From Octopus sinensis (lineage: Eukaryota), in the NCBI RefSeq assembly GCF_006345805.1, contig NC_043008.1:26474001-26538000 (forward strand): a DNA stretch of 64,000 nucleotides, written 5' to 3'. The notes beneath the pieces were generated by a model. That model searched no databases and was not told where the DNA came from. It saw only the letters and a program-made list of their open reading frames with translations. A program made the position numbers and the translations under genes. Shown here one piece after another: positions 50,886-64,000 of the stretch (its first letter is position 1; every line of letters starts with the position of its first letter).

Positions 50886-51873
50886 CTTGTGCGTGTGTGT
50901 TTTGTCTGTATATATGTGTATTTATCCCAAGTAAATGCTGAATAATAAATAGGTAATAATGATATGTTTGTCCAAAGAAAATGAAACATTAGCTTTCGGG
51001 TGTCATAAAGATGAGAGAAAAATTTAATTAACAATACAAACTAAAAAATTGTTGAGTGAAAATTAGGTATTTTCTTTGTCAGGCTTCACTAAGACTATTA
51101 TCTAAAATCATAGTGACTTAAAAAAATAACAAAAGAAATATATAGCAAATATTTTGTATGCAATTTAAATATTCTATGTTTGAAATTAGGGAGATAAGGT
51201 TTCATAGAAACAAACTTGAAATGGTAATGTTTTAGCTGAAAAGAAAAAGAAAAACAAAAACAAAAAGCAAAATAAAATTTTAACTAAATTTGCTATTGTA
51301 GTTGTCTTTCAAATTGCTTTGTTTTATTGCTATATTATACATGCCATAGATTGTGGAACAAAGAGAACAACATCTATATAATGTCAGACTGTATTACACA
51401 TGACACTGATTGTTGGATAAAAAAGAACAGCATCGATATTGTTAAACATAATAATTTAAAGACAACATCGAAAATAATTACTATTTGAAGATATTTAACT
51501 TTGTTTTATGTTGTGTTTACCATGAGATGATATTCTTAAATGCTCTTGATGTCAATCAGCTCCACACTGGCTCGATCAAACCTACATTCAAAGGCATTAC
51601 AACTACATTCATCCCATTTGCATACTTCAGAAAAAATATCAAGTGTTACATTACTTAATATAATTCTCTTTATTTGAGGAGAAATAGCTCCTCTTTCTAG
51701 CAAGTCAAGGAACCTTGTCAAGCAGTGATTCTTTACTTTTTTTATTGAATTCCAGATGCCAGTAAAAGAGTTACCTAATATCACTACATAACCTCATCAC
51801 TAGACTGTCAAATCATCATCACCATTCCATTCAGTGCTTTATGACATCAAAAGGTGTCAGTCCCTATTTAGAT

Positions 51874-52226
51874 CAGTGGTTCTCAACTAGGGTACATATA
51901 ACCCCTGAGAATCCATATATGATTCTTGGTGAGTTCATGCAACAAAACAGTAAGTTAGAGATCCATAAAAGTATTTTTAGGGCCCCTGAAAATATTTTGC
52001 ATTAGATATATGCATTGGTAAGTATTAAAAGAAACAGCTGGGGTTCTTTCTCAAACATTTTACATAGTTCAACCTACACAATAAAATAGGAAAAACAAAA
52101 TAGGAATTCTGAAGGAAGTTTCTATAAAACTAGTTTGTAAGCATCAAATGGCTATGGAGATCAACCAGAATAAAATAATAATGAAAGGGGTCCACAGATA
52201 AAGGAAAAAACGGTTGTGAACCCCTG
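51874..52226. mobile_element. hAT MITE with perfect 8-bp TSD
   Basis: ATTTAGAT|cagtggttctcaac ... gttgtgaacccctg|ATTTAGAT. Confidence 0.88.
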
Positions 52227-53477
52227 ATTTAGATCATCAGCAGACAAGTTTCCCAGTGGTGCTTCCAGGCATCTCAGTTTCCACAAAGATTCCTGTTAAA
52301 TATTTTCAGTAGTTGGTTTCTCCATTGTTAGTCTTTGCAATGCTCCTCATAGTGCTGCTCTTGTCCTTTTAGGCATAAGCCCTTATCCAGTTTTTATACA
52401 GAGAAACTTCATATGACATAAAAGCAAGTGTGATCAGCATTTATGGCTTTTGATTAGAGTGATTTTCTCCCAGATGAGTTGCCATTAATGGCCTAGTCAC
52501 ATCTGTGTCTTGTTCATAAATAAAACAACAGCTGAGTGATGCCAGTGCATGCCCATATACATGAAGGCTTGCCTGCTCTGATATGCATTATACTTTAGAA
52601 TGGGATCACAAAGTACTCAGCTAGCATGTGCAACCATGAGGAGACAGTGCTAGATTCTTGGTGTGAGAGATTGGGTAGAAAGTTTACATATCAAAGCAAG
52701 TTTACGAAGATGGTTATCTGGATACAGGATCTGAAAGCAATGAGAAACAGCATGCACTAACTATAAGTACTACTACACCATTAGTGCTGCACAGGCAATT
52801 CATACCTAACCTGTATCAAGTATATGCACACAAAACAATAATTTGGTTTTACTTTACAAACTAGAAACAGAAGAGAAAATAAATAACGAAAGAATTTTGA
52901 TGAATTTATTTTGAAAGAACAGTAAAAGGCATCACTGCTCAATATCCTCTGCAATATCATTGTTTTGTTCATTGCAGCCTTAAGAGTTCATTTTTCTTTC
53001 AATTTTGTGTACTTTTTGTAATCCTGACTTGGCACTAAAACTCAGGCACACTGGGGGAAAGTGTGCAATTCTTGTTGTTTTGAACCTCACTCAGCAGCTG
53101 AGGAAAGAGTATGGTAATTTTAATTGTATCTTTTCCTATTGTTTTATTTGTTGTTTATGGCCGATCAATTTTTCTTCTATTTGATAGTAATGTCACTCAA
53201 AATATTTTTATTTTACATTTATACCATTTTCTCAGCAACCACCTCAGCTGAATTGCTTTTCTCTCTCACTCTCTTCTTGCCTTCACCTGTTTTTTGCTCT
53301 GTTTATTTCTCTCTCTCTCTCTCTTTATCTCCTTATCTTATCTGTTTGATTTTAACCTTTCCACAATACCTGTATATCTTCTCATAATTATGCAAGTTAT
53401 CCCAAAAGTCACTGATGGGTTTCAATTTTTAATAACTTCCCTAACTTTATTGACAAATGCATGAAATTTGACTCACT

Positions 53478-54184
53478 GTCTCAGTGGTGATATTGTCTGA
53501 ACCTTCGTTGCCAAATGTATATCCTATGATGATGATGTATTTTGCTGTCTCTACAGGACTGGTCCGAATGGCATACCTTCACCGACCCACCGTACTGACT
53601 GTGTCAGCCCACTTCTTGCCTGGGGGGCATCCGCCACAACAAGTATAAAGGACATAATAAAAATCAATATGCATGAGTCAAATTTTGCAACACCCCTACA
53701 TCATATATGAAAATTGACATCGCTTAAATGGCAGCCATTTTCGGCTTTGCACATCTGTGCTCTTTCCAAAACTTGCACCATAACACCCTCAAGAGCTTCA
53801 GACCCCACTTCTTTGATTTCTCTATTAATGTAATCCTACAGTTGCACCAGTGTCTCCGGTTTGTTGACATAAACCCTCTTTTGGTGCAAGTTTTGGAAAG
53901 AGCACAGATGTGCAAAGCCGAAAATGGCTGCCATTTAAGCGATGTCAATTTTCATATATGATGTAGGGGTGTTGCAAAATTTGACTCATGCATATTGATT
54001 TTTATTATGTCCTTTATACTTGTTGTGGCGGATGCCCCCCAGGCAAGAAGTGGGCTGACACAGTCAGTACGGTGGGTCGGTGAAGGTATGCCATTCGGAC
54101 CAGTCCTGTAGAGACAGCAAAATACATCATCATCATAGGATATACATTTGGCAACGAAGGTTCAGACAATATCACCACTGAGAC
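53478..54184. repeat. Perfect inverted repeat: 303-bp arms (53478-53780, 53882-54184), 101-bp spacer
   Basis: I saw no mismatch when comparing the arms by eye. No TSD evident. Confidence 0.95.
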
Positions 54185-54489
54185 TTGGTTGTTTAACGTG
54201 CTAGAATTGCCTTGGCCTTAAGTCAGCAGCTACTAATCTTGTTTGTGTCATGTCCTGTATGTCTACCTGTTGACTGTGCTTCATTAATTTTACTTATATT
54301 TTAAGAGTAAGACACATACAATCACAAAATAATACACACACACGTGCATAAATTCATACACACGTGCACACCACACACACACACACGTATATATTTAGAA
54401 CCAAGGTTGGACAGCTAATGTATTTATGTTGTCTACTGAGGCAGAAATACATACCTGCAGGCTTTCTCTTATCTTCAGAAAAAGAAGAT

Positions 54490-54590
54490 TGTTTTTCCTT
54501 TAATGTCAATTTGTTTGTCAGATTACCTGTGATACCACTACACTCCTTGTGCACATACAATTCACAATGTGTGCACAGTATCGAATTCTT
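54490..54590 (-). mobile_element. Old RTE fragment (Cys-finger region)
   Basis: NSILCTHCELYVHKECSGITGNL matches the finger in the other RTE copies. Confidence 0.55.
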
Positions 54591-55550
54591 ACTTACTGAC
54601 TTTTTTTTTTTTGCATATCAAGTACTGGTTACTTTTATAATGTCAGTATATTTCTAGTTGAAAACTATTCTGCTTTTGAGGTGCTTCAATTCAAATTATT
54701 GCCCCCATGATTGGAATTTCATCTCTAGATCTTCCTATTTTACATAGAACTAAGCCTTTAAAATACAGATGTTCTGTTTTTAAGCTCCCTTGTAATAAAC
54801 TGGAAAACTATAAAATGAAGCCTGTAAAGCAAGCTCCGATAGATACCCTATCTTTATGCTAAATTCTTCACAAACACTTTAGCAACTTTTAACATGTTCA
54901 TGGTTCCCACAGTTCTAATAAGCCATTTCTTTACATCTAGGTCTTCTTCACATTAACAAATGACAAATATATAATGCTTCACTTAGTCATAATTTTCTTC
55001 TGTATTTGTCACATGAGGAAGAGAGCCTCACTGCTTGCCTATATTGGCACAAGTTCAAACTGCATCGGATATAAGCTATAACGTTTCCTAATCAAGCTGT
55101 GCTATAACTCTTACTTTCACAACCTAGTTCATTAGTTTAATGCTATGCTATGCCAGTCATTGGTTAAAACGCCTTCCTGTACTACCTGATTGACTATGAA
55201 ATAACATGCATGTATACTCCTGCACAGGATATTTCACCATCTCAATGACTGTTTCTAATGGTCCACAGCTTTCCCTGATTTTATATCATTAATTGCACTT
55301 ACTAACATATAGATATCGCTTTTTCTCTCTGTGATCTTAGAACATTTTCCAGTACTCTTCAATATGTGATATATCGTATATATATATATATATAGACACA
55401 TACACACACACATATATATGTATGTATGCAATACATATATATACATACATATATGCATATATGTATACATATCCATACACACACACACACACACATATAT
55501 GTATACATGTGTGTATATATATTTATATATATATATACATATACATACAT

Positions 55551-55597
<47 letters not shown>

Positions 55598-57480
55598 CTG
55601 CCATAAATTTTCTTCTTCATATACTTGCTCTAATTGGAATTTTCCTCCTTTCAAAGGAGAGACAGCTTAATGGCTCTTTTGAAAGCCTCCAGAGAAAGCC
55701 AATTCATGTAAAATATTTCTGAATTATGTCACTAATTAGAGATATATGTGTTGAAATGAAGAAGAAAATAAATATGATGTTAATGCAGTGAGCAACGTGC
55801 ATGCATTATTATTGTTATCTAATTAAGGGGAAGAAGACAATATTTTTTAATGATACAAAGGTCAGTAAGCCAAAAGAAAGAATATGAATATACTGGCTGG
55901 GTAGCTGGAAGGCATGACAATTTTTATATTTTATTTTGGTCATTCTGAATATGCCTTTAATTTTTCAGTGATTTATTTTTTTATGAGTGTGAGAATATTT
56001 TAAAGGGAATAAAATGAATTGCATAAAGTTTAAGGTGCCTATGGGTTTTATTCCTAAGTTAATATGGGGCTAGTTTCTGAAAATTTTGTTATTTCATAGA
56101 AATCACCAGAGAAAGCATTGAAGGGATTTTTTTGTTACTGCAGCAATATTGTTTTTTAGATGTTTTAATATCACATCTGTTATGCAGAACTGGTAAAATA
56201 TGTTTCTTCCATAATGTAACTTAAAGGCTGTGATCTAGGTGTGAAGAAAACAGTGTCCCTAGCAGGCATTAAAGTTATCACATTATAATAGCTTATCTTT
56301 TAAGCAATAGTCACCACCATTGTCATTGCAGTCCTCAACATTTTGGTAATAAAGTTTTGTGAACATCTTTTCTAAATCCTGTAGTAATTTGCATAAACTG
56401 CATAACAATTATTTTTCTAAATGATATGCTATATAAATGCCTGTTACAGTTCTTTGGTGTATTGAATATTTTTAATTTTTTTATAATATAGAAAAATGAA
56501 GAATATATATGTATGTCCCTCTCCTTCTCTCTCTCTCTCTCTCTTGATATATATATATATATATATATACTCGTGCAAACACGCTAATTTTAAGATAGCA
56601 TGTTTACATTGGATTGATATCATTGTATCATAAATTCTATTGTGCATATGTGTAAGTATACATATGGTATGTATGTGGAAAAAATTCTGGCAAGACATGC
56701 AACATAAACGAAGCTCTATCATCAATAATGGAAAAAGTTGGGCTATAAAATGAAATGCAAAGAGGTTATGTGTTTATAAAGCAATGAAAATTTACCACCT
56801 AATTACTGCCAATAAATATTGTGTGTGTGTATACATACTACAATGCATTTTTAATACAGTTAGTATTCGTTACTAAACACAATGCCATTGTAAATACTGT
56901 TATCCTATTTACATTTATTTTATGTGAAGTGAAAAATCGAGCCCATTTCATTCACAGTAGCGTCACCCTTTTGAAGCTAACTGAAGAATATACTTTATTT
57001 ATAAATAGTATGCAGTTAAATAATCAAATATTGCTACATGCAAAATGAAAGTGAAGCAAAGCAATCTGATATGTAAATAGAGAATAGCTATGGAATTTTA
57101 ATACTACATATGTTAAAGCAATGCGAATACATACACAAATGTGTCCCACTAACCTTGTTCTTTTATAACTTTCAAATGAATGGCCATTTTTTAAATAAAA
57201 TTTTCTACAAATATCAAGTATGTTTCATATCTGAATTTGTTGTAACAATAAAAAAAAAAAAAATTGGCAAAGTGGGGTGAGAAATTTCAGAAAATTCATG
57301 CTGTTTCCTCATAACTTTCTGAAAAATAAGTATTTTTAAATGAAAATTTTCACTAATACCTTTCAGAGTTTGCAGATTACGAATATGCTCGAGTTTAATA
57401 TGAAAAAATAGTGAACAAGCACACATACATACCGATACAGACTTTTCTTCAAAAAATTTATTTCAAAACAACTTCTAGTG

Positions 57481-57965
57481 GAGTTCTAATTTTCACAGGG
57501 TATATAACCCCTCATAACTTTCCTATGTTTTGGAGTTTTCAGAAATTTTTTTTGTGAATTTGTATTCTTCCCATGGGAATTCATATGACTATGCAAAAAA
57601 CTTTAAAAAAAAATTTTTTGAATCGTTTTAAACATCATAGTTTAAAGTATGGATACTCTGGAATATTTTTGTTTAAATCCCATCAATGGACCATTAAATA
57701 TGTTTATGGTGAGAAAGCTATTGGAAAACATCAATACGTCAGAGTGACAAACAAATGAAGACAGTTGGAGGTGGTTTTGGAGTATGCTAAAAATAATAGC
57801 TAAATACCTCTTAAATCACACCTCAAGAAATTTCATTTTTGGTTTTTGCATAGCCATATGAATTCTCATATGTAGAAGATAAATTCACAAAATTTTCTGA
57901 AAATTCTGAAAGATAAGAAAATTATGGGGGTGGGTGTTATATACCGTGCATAAAGCAGAATTCTG
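57481..57965. mobile_element. MITE-like element with ~120-bp diverged inverted arms
   Basis: gaattcatatgactatgcaaaaa / tttttgcatagccatatgaattc; ttttgtgaattt / aaattcacaaaa; ggtatataac / gttatatacc. Confidence 0.7.
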
Positions 57966-58181
57966 CCCAAATTCTGATGTAATCAGAATCAATATTATTG
58001 GAAGAATATTTGTAGAAAATTAAAAAGTATCCATTTTCCTGAAAGTTATGAGGAAACAAAGTCGAGGAAGCGCATACATATACACATGGTGCTACTAACT
58101 CCTGCTGAAAATCCATAGTAAATGTAATATTTTAAATAAATGATGTAGGTATATACATGTATGTATATGTATTTGTGCGTG

Positions 58182-58241
<60 letters not shown>

Positions 58242-58249
58242 GATAGATT

Positions 58250-59245
58250 GATAAAACTTACTTGGGAAAGGACAAGTGGTGTTCGATCATATAATAATAT
58301 AAATAATATATAAATATATGCATATATACATACATACATGTACATACCAACATATATATGTATATATACATGCATATATGGGTATGGGACATCAAAAAAC
58401 GTTGAACACAATGAGAAATGCAAACATAAAAAGAAAACATAGAAATGAACTTTTTTTCAAACAATGTAAAAAACAGAGAAACAAGACCTACAACACAAGG
58501 AATATTCCCCTTCTTCAGTTGTCCCTGTTTCATCTACTCCGCATTTCAAAGGTAAGGACAAGATGTGACTTCGTTGAAACAGTCCTTTCCGCAAAGTAAA
58601 TTATATAACATTTGGAATTTTTTGTGGAGGGTGAAAGTGGTAACAAGAACAGGAAAGTAGGAACAAAACAGTAAAAACAATATAAAAGTAAAAGTAGTAA
58701 AAGACTGAACAATGAGAACAAGACAGTAAAAACAAACGATGAGGTTGTAAAGCCAAAACGATGGAAAAATTATTCTGAACGCTTAAGGAGACAGCTTATG
58801 AAGAGACAGGATAAGCTGGTCTGGGCTTTGTGAAGATAGTAGTTGGAAAGATGACTTCCCTCTGATCACGTGTCAGCAACGAGAGTCGAGGAGGAGGAGG
58901 AGGAGGAGTAAGAGAGAGGGAATGGTGAAGGGGAGAGGAGAAGAATAGGGAGATGTGGGAGAGAAAACCAGAAGGGATGAAGAATTAGAGAGGGAGAGAG
59001 ATAGACAGAGAAGAGATGGTAAAGAAGGAAAGTGTGCATCATAATTATTAAGATAAAACTTACTTGGAAAAGGATGTGTGGCGTTCGATCATATAATAAT
59101 ATAAATAATAAATAAATATGTGCATATATACATATATATATGTACATACCTACATATATATGTATATATATACATGCATATATGGGTACAGGACATAAAA
59201 AAAACGTTTAACACAATAAGAAATGAAAACATAAAAACAAAAACA
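58250..59245. repeat. ~190-bp direct repeats (58250-58440, 59052-59245) flanking a purine-rich ~610-bp core
   Basis: gataaaacttacttgg...gttcgatcatataataatataaata...gcatatatgggta..aaaaaacgtt-aacacaat occurs twice. Confidence 0.8.
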
Positions 59246-59689
59246 TGTCTCATGTTTGGCTTTCACCATCTGTTAGTAGGGCTATAATAGTGCTCTTGCT
59301 CTGAAAAAGTGCACCACTGGTATAATTGTTGTTTGATCCGGTTCCACATAAATGTCTTGAATTGTTAAATATTTTGATAATGCTAATAATACTCCAGCAA
59401 ATTGAGATCATATTCTTAATTTTTGTTTTGTGGTGGGGTGTTTCGCATTAGATATAGTTATCCAGTTTCAATTGCTAAATATTCCTGCTGCATGACTCCT
59501 CTACCAGTGAGAATTTCTGTTCATGGTGAATTTCAGGAAATGATGAGAATGGTGCAGGAATTACAGGTGTAAAGGGTGTAAAGGAGCATGCATTAAAAAA
59601 GGTTGAATGCAAGACTAAGTATGTAGGTCAAATTCCATAGTAGGTATCAAGTTGAAAGTATATACTATCAGAAGGCATTACTTGTTTCC

Positions 59690-60050
59690 TTCATTAGACT
59701 GCAGCCATGCCGAGGCACTGCCTTGAAGGATTTTAGCGAAACAAATCAAACCATAGTACTTACTTTTATTTTTGCAAACTTGGTACTTCTATCAGCTCGT
59801 TTGCCAAACTGCTAAATGATGGAGATGTAAACACACCAACACTAGTTGTCACGTAGTGATGAGGGACAAACACTGACAAAAAGACACACAGACATATGTA
59901 TATAACGAATTTTTTCAGTTTCCATCTGCCAAATCCACTCAGAAGGCTTTGGTCGGCCCAACGCTATAGCAGAAGACACTTGCCCTAGGTGCTATGCATT
60001 GGGACTGAACCAGGAACCATATGGTTGGGAAGCAAACTTATTGGGACAAC
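59690..60050 (-). mobile_element. Octopus-type SINE
   Basis: Reverse complement of the 11980-12375 family. Confidence 0.8.
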
Positions 60051-60429
60051 CCCAGTTGTCTTGACACAAGACATTGTTTATTAATTGTCTATTTTTATTC
60101 ATCCCGTCATGTGACAATTTCCTCCTTCCACATTGTTTATCATTTAGCTTACACCTATTAATCCAATCAAGTGACACCTAATTGTCTCTATCAGGTAATA
60201 TTTTATATACATTGACTCATTTTATGAATGTATTCTTTTACACCTCAAGGCACTTGTTTTTAGTACAGACAATTAGAAATACAGTTTACCATTTAACATT
60301 TCACTTTCGAATCATTGCAATATTTTTCATTCATTAGTAAAATCATTATCTGAGCACAATATCATTAGTTATTCCTACATTATAATATTAATTGGTGTTG
60401 AGTGAAAAACGGAAAATATTGTAGATCTC

Positions 60430-63400
60430 ATTAACTTGTTTTGCATTCAACAAGAGTCCTTAGAAATGCAAAAACATGACAAGCAGGAACTAGATATTTC
60501 AACAGCTTTAGCTTTCAAGCTTATGCTGTCAAATGAAACTACATCAATCACAGCTGCATTATTTCAAAAGTTTATGACAAGCTTCCTACCTTTAAATATG
60601 ACGGACAAAACAAACTAACTTCTGCATCTTTTTTGTCACTGAAGCATCAGAACAAGGTGATTTAAGTTAAGTAAGACTACTATTGTGAAATTTTTAGCAG
60701 TATTGAATACAAGTACTTTAACTTTGTATTACGCAAACATTCTATTGAATTTGACTTAGAAACATGTTTGGTGAGACATCTTCATCGCTTAACATCAGAT
60801 GTAAATGTTTGAAATGAGAACTCTCTAAAGAAGATTTTTTTGCATATGCTGGGCATATAAACAAAAAGTACACAAATTTTAATACTAACATTGACCGATG
60901 ACCATTTTAAGAGTCAAATTTGGCCTGATATCACCAAGGTATATAAGAATTCATGTCCTGGACACATCAGACCACATTACCTTGCAACAATTAACAAGTG
61001 AATGTCAATGACTAGTTAACATCAAGCATGATACTCAAGTGATACAAAATTCTGCAGGAAATGAAACAGTTTCAACCACTAATGCACTTATCGCAAAGAA
61101 ACAAAGCTGGGGTTCCCAGAATTCTAAATCACTGTATGCATCAATAAGAACTCAGTGATACCTTCAAACAGTGTGATGGAACTGTGGTGAGTGGCACCAT
61201 GCAAATTATTGTCCTTACAGGAAAAAAAATTACTCATTTGTCACAATTATGGGCATAAAAATTACTATTGCTACTGTCTTGGTCATTCCACACAATAGAA
61301 GTCATTGAATCTGATTCGACTACAGAAAGTATAAGCTTAAATGGGGTCTACACAACATGTAAAGATGAAATCATTTCAAAAAGGAGGTATATATTACTGT
61401 GCAGATAGATGGATATGATATATGCTTACAACTTGAAATTGCATTGGATATTACCATCATTTCTGAAGAAACATGTAACAAAATCAGTAAACTAACCATC
61501 TATCAACTGAACAAAAAGCCAAAAATGTTTCCAGCCAACCATCGGTTATTAGCGGTAAAATGTTTTTATTCAGTCAAACACTCAACATCCATTCATTTGG
61601 GATTTTGCTACATTACTAAGAATCTTTACTTGGATATCCTAGATTGAGAAACTTAGGTTATAGAATATACCACTACATAAAGTAAAGCACACCCTTTTAA
61701 ATAGGACTGGCATTGTTGATGTTGAACATGTTTCATACACTTTCCATATCAGAGATTCAGCAAGAATTTAAGATTATTTGGAAGTGGACTTAGGATTATG
61801 CAAACAATATACTGCATCTTTGTATTTTTAACCCAATGCCAACCCTGTTTACAAGCTGCAGCACTCAATCACTTATGTATCATTATCACTAGCTGAAGAT
61901 GAGCTGGATAAATTAGAAAATTTGAATGTATTCTCAAAAGTGTATTATTCATCATAGGCAACACCCATTGTTATAGAAAAAAAAAGCAAATGGCTCTATA
62001 CTTATATGTGATGATTTCTCACTACATTGCTATCCACTACCTATTTCTGATGATTTATTTGCATGACTAAATGGGGGAAATAGTTTTCCAAGATTGACTT
62101 AGAAGCATATTTACAAATAGCTGTAGACAATTCAACAAAATAACTATTAGCAATAAATACTCATCATAGAATGTACCAATAAAACAGATTACCATTTGGG
62201 ATAAAGTCTGCTCCAGGGACTTTTCAACAGCATATCATACTTGCAGATTTGTCATGCATCTTTGCATACAAGTTGAACATAAAGAATACTCAAAGAATCT
62301 CTTTAAATGAATTAAGGAATATGGTTTTCATCTAAAACCAGAAAAATGTCAACTTTTTCATCCTCATGGCCGTTTTGTCATGGACGTTTTCCAGATCCTG
62401 CTAAAAAACAGCAATTATCAAGCACAGAGATATCTAAACTACATTTTTTTTTTTACAAATGTTTAGTTATTACAGCTCATTTTTGCCTAAAATGCATCTA
62501 ATAAGAATTCACTAAACTCATTACTTGTTAGCAATGTAAAATGGGACTGGTTTCCACAAGGTCAAGAATCATTCAAGAAATTCAAAGAACTACTTTCTTC
62601 CAATCTGATATCGACACATTTTAATCCCAGAAAAAGAGCATATTATTGCTGCAGATGCATCAGATTACAGAATAGGAGCAGTATTCTTGCATAAAATGGT
62701 TGATGGGTCATATAAGCCAGTTAAGCGCTGCTTCTAAAAGTCTACCAAAAGTTGAAAGGAAATTTTTACAATTAGAAAAGAAAGCATTGGCACTTGTTTA
62801 TGCAGTGAAAAATCTTTCTTGCATGATATAGGGTAAAACATTTGCTCTTCATATTGAACATAAACCACTCTTGAAAATATTTGGTTCAAAATCTAGAATA
62901 CTCAGCAATGACCGAAAACATCGCAATGGCTCATACAAATTGAAACTGAGATCCACCAAGTGCTAATGGATTTAATCAAATTTTTACCTGTTACTTTAGA
63001 GCTAGTGAAACAAGAAGCATGAAATGAACTAGTTCTACAAGAAGTTTTTAAATACCATAGGTATAGCGGTCCAGAAAAAAATCTGCAATGAAGATATGTA
63101 ACTATTCTACTTGAAACATGATTATCTTTCAGTTGTTGATGATTGTTTAATGATGACTAATCATGTTATTTTAGACAGTCTTAAAAAGTTGCTACTCAAA
63201 CAATTTCCTGCACATCATCCAGGAACTTCAAGAATGAAGACTTTAGCAAGACATGACATTTATTGGTCAGGACTTGGCAAAGATATTGATTCTCTTGTGC
63301 AAGCATGTTCAAAATGTACAAAAGACTCAAAATTATCGATTGAGGTAAGAATTACTTGGTCAGTTCTGAAAATACCATGGTATAGACTACACATAGATTT

Positions 63401-63900
63401 TGTGGGACCTAATAATAGTAACTACTTTTTGATCATGGTCAATGCATTTTTTAATGGTCAGAGGTTTTCATTATATATCAAACAACAATTTTTTCCACAA
63501 TACAAAAGCTATACCAAGCTTTTTCAAATATTTTGGTCACCAGAAGTTTTAGTGTTGGATAAGAGGCCACAATTCACAACATTTTCTAAGAAAAATGCCA
63601 TGGATCATTTAAGAACTCTTCCATATCATCCTCAATCCAATGGATTGGATTAGTAGAGAGATCCATGGATATCTTTAAGCATTCATTATCCAAACTGAGG
63701 GGAGTGGCAAGTTAGAAGAAAATTTGCAACTATTTTTAATGAACTACTGAATAATACCAAATTCTGCCGTGCCTGTGAATAAGTCATCTCTAGAAATAAT
63801 GTTTCAAAGACAAATTCTAGTATACGTATTTGATATTAGACCAGATCATCCCAAGTGACAAGATGGCCTGGTGATAAAGCAGAGAAGTAACATCATGTAT
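60430..63900 (+). mobile_element. Gypsy LTR retrotransposon gag-pol, heavily decayed
   Basis: gag ITLQQLTSECQ; protease-like LDITIISEE; RT RLPFGIKSAPGTFQ; RNase H AADASDYRIGAV; integrase HHPGTSRMKTLAR..YWSG..RLHIDFVGP..PYHPQSNG. No LTR recognised inside the window. Confidence 0.88.
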
Positions 63901-64000
63901 AAAGTAACCATATCATGTATAAAGTAACCACTCAGAAACCATATCATCAAAATTAAGAAAATTCAGTCAAAATAGAAAGCTTGCAGAACACATGCAGGTA

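Noticed and set aside
53724-53961. Mirror-image ORFs on both strands
   Set aside because: They are a by-product of the palindrome and show no recognisable protein motif.
54354-54560. Apparent exon with a CAG|gtatgt donor
   Set aside because: The upstream part is an RTE Cys-finger remnant.
58548-58592. aaggac...gaaacagtcctt hairpin resembling a hammerhead
   Set aside because: There is no CTGANGA box.

Overview
AT-rich, microsatellite-dense animal genomic DNA, most likely an octopus or other coleoid cephalopod (inferred from the recalled octopus tRNA-derived SINE families; not verified). I could not identify any intact host gene. Almost all ORFs in the track are microsatellite read-through or decayed transposon fragments. 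Recognisable elements are RTE LINEs (several ages), a Penelope-like element (GIY-YIG), two R4/Dong-like LINE remnants, two Gypsy LTR remnants, mariner (DD34D) and maT-like Tc1/mariner remnants, a Chapaev3-like remnant, hAT and piggyBac MITEs, and many SINEs. The most unusual signal is a cluster of long fold-back elements at 18.5-23 kb. In at least two of them each inverted arm carries a partly decayed minimal type I hammerhead ribozyme, and the two arms complement each other's mutations. One also has a ~330-nt tandem periodicity like a retrozyme or Penelope pLTR. A further hammerhead relic lies just 3' of the Penelope ORF. A separate perfect 303-bp inverted repeat sits at 53478-54184. A few low-confidence host exon candidates are listed. 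All alignments and folds were done by eye.
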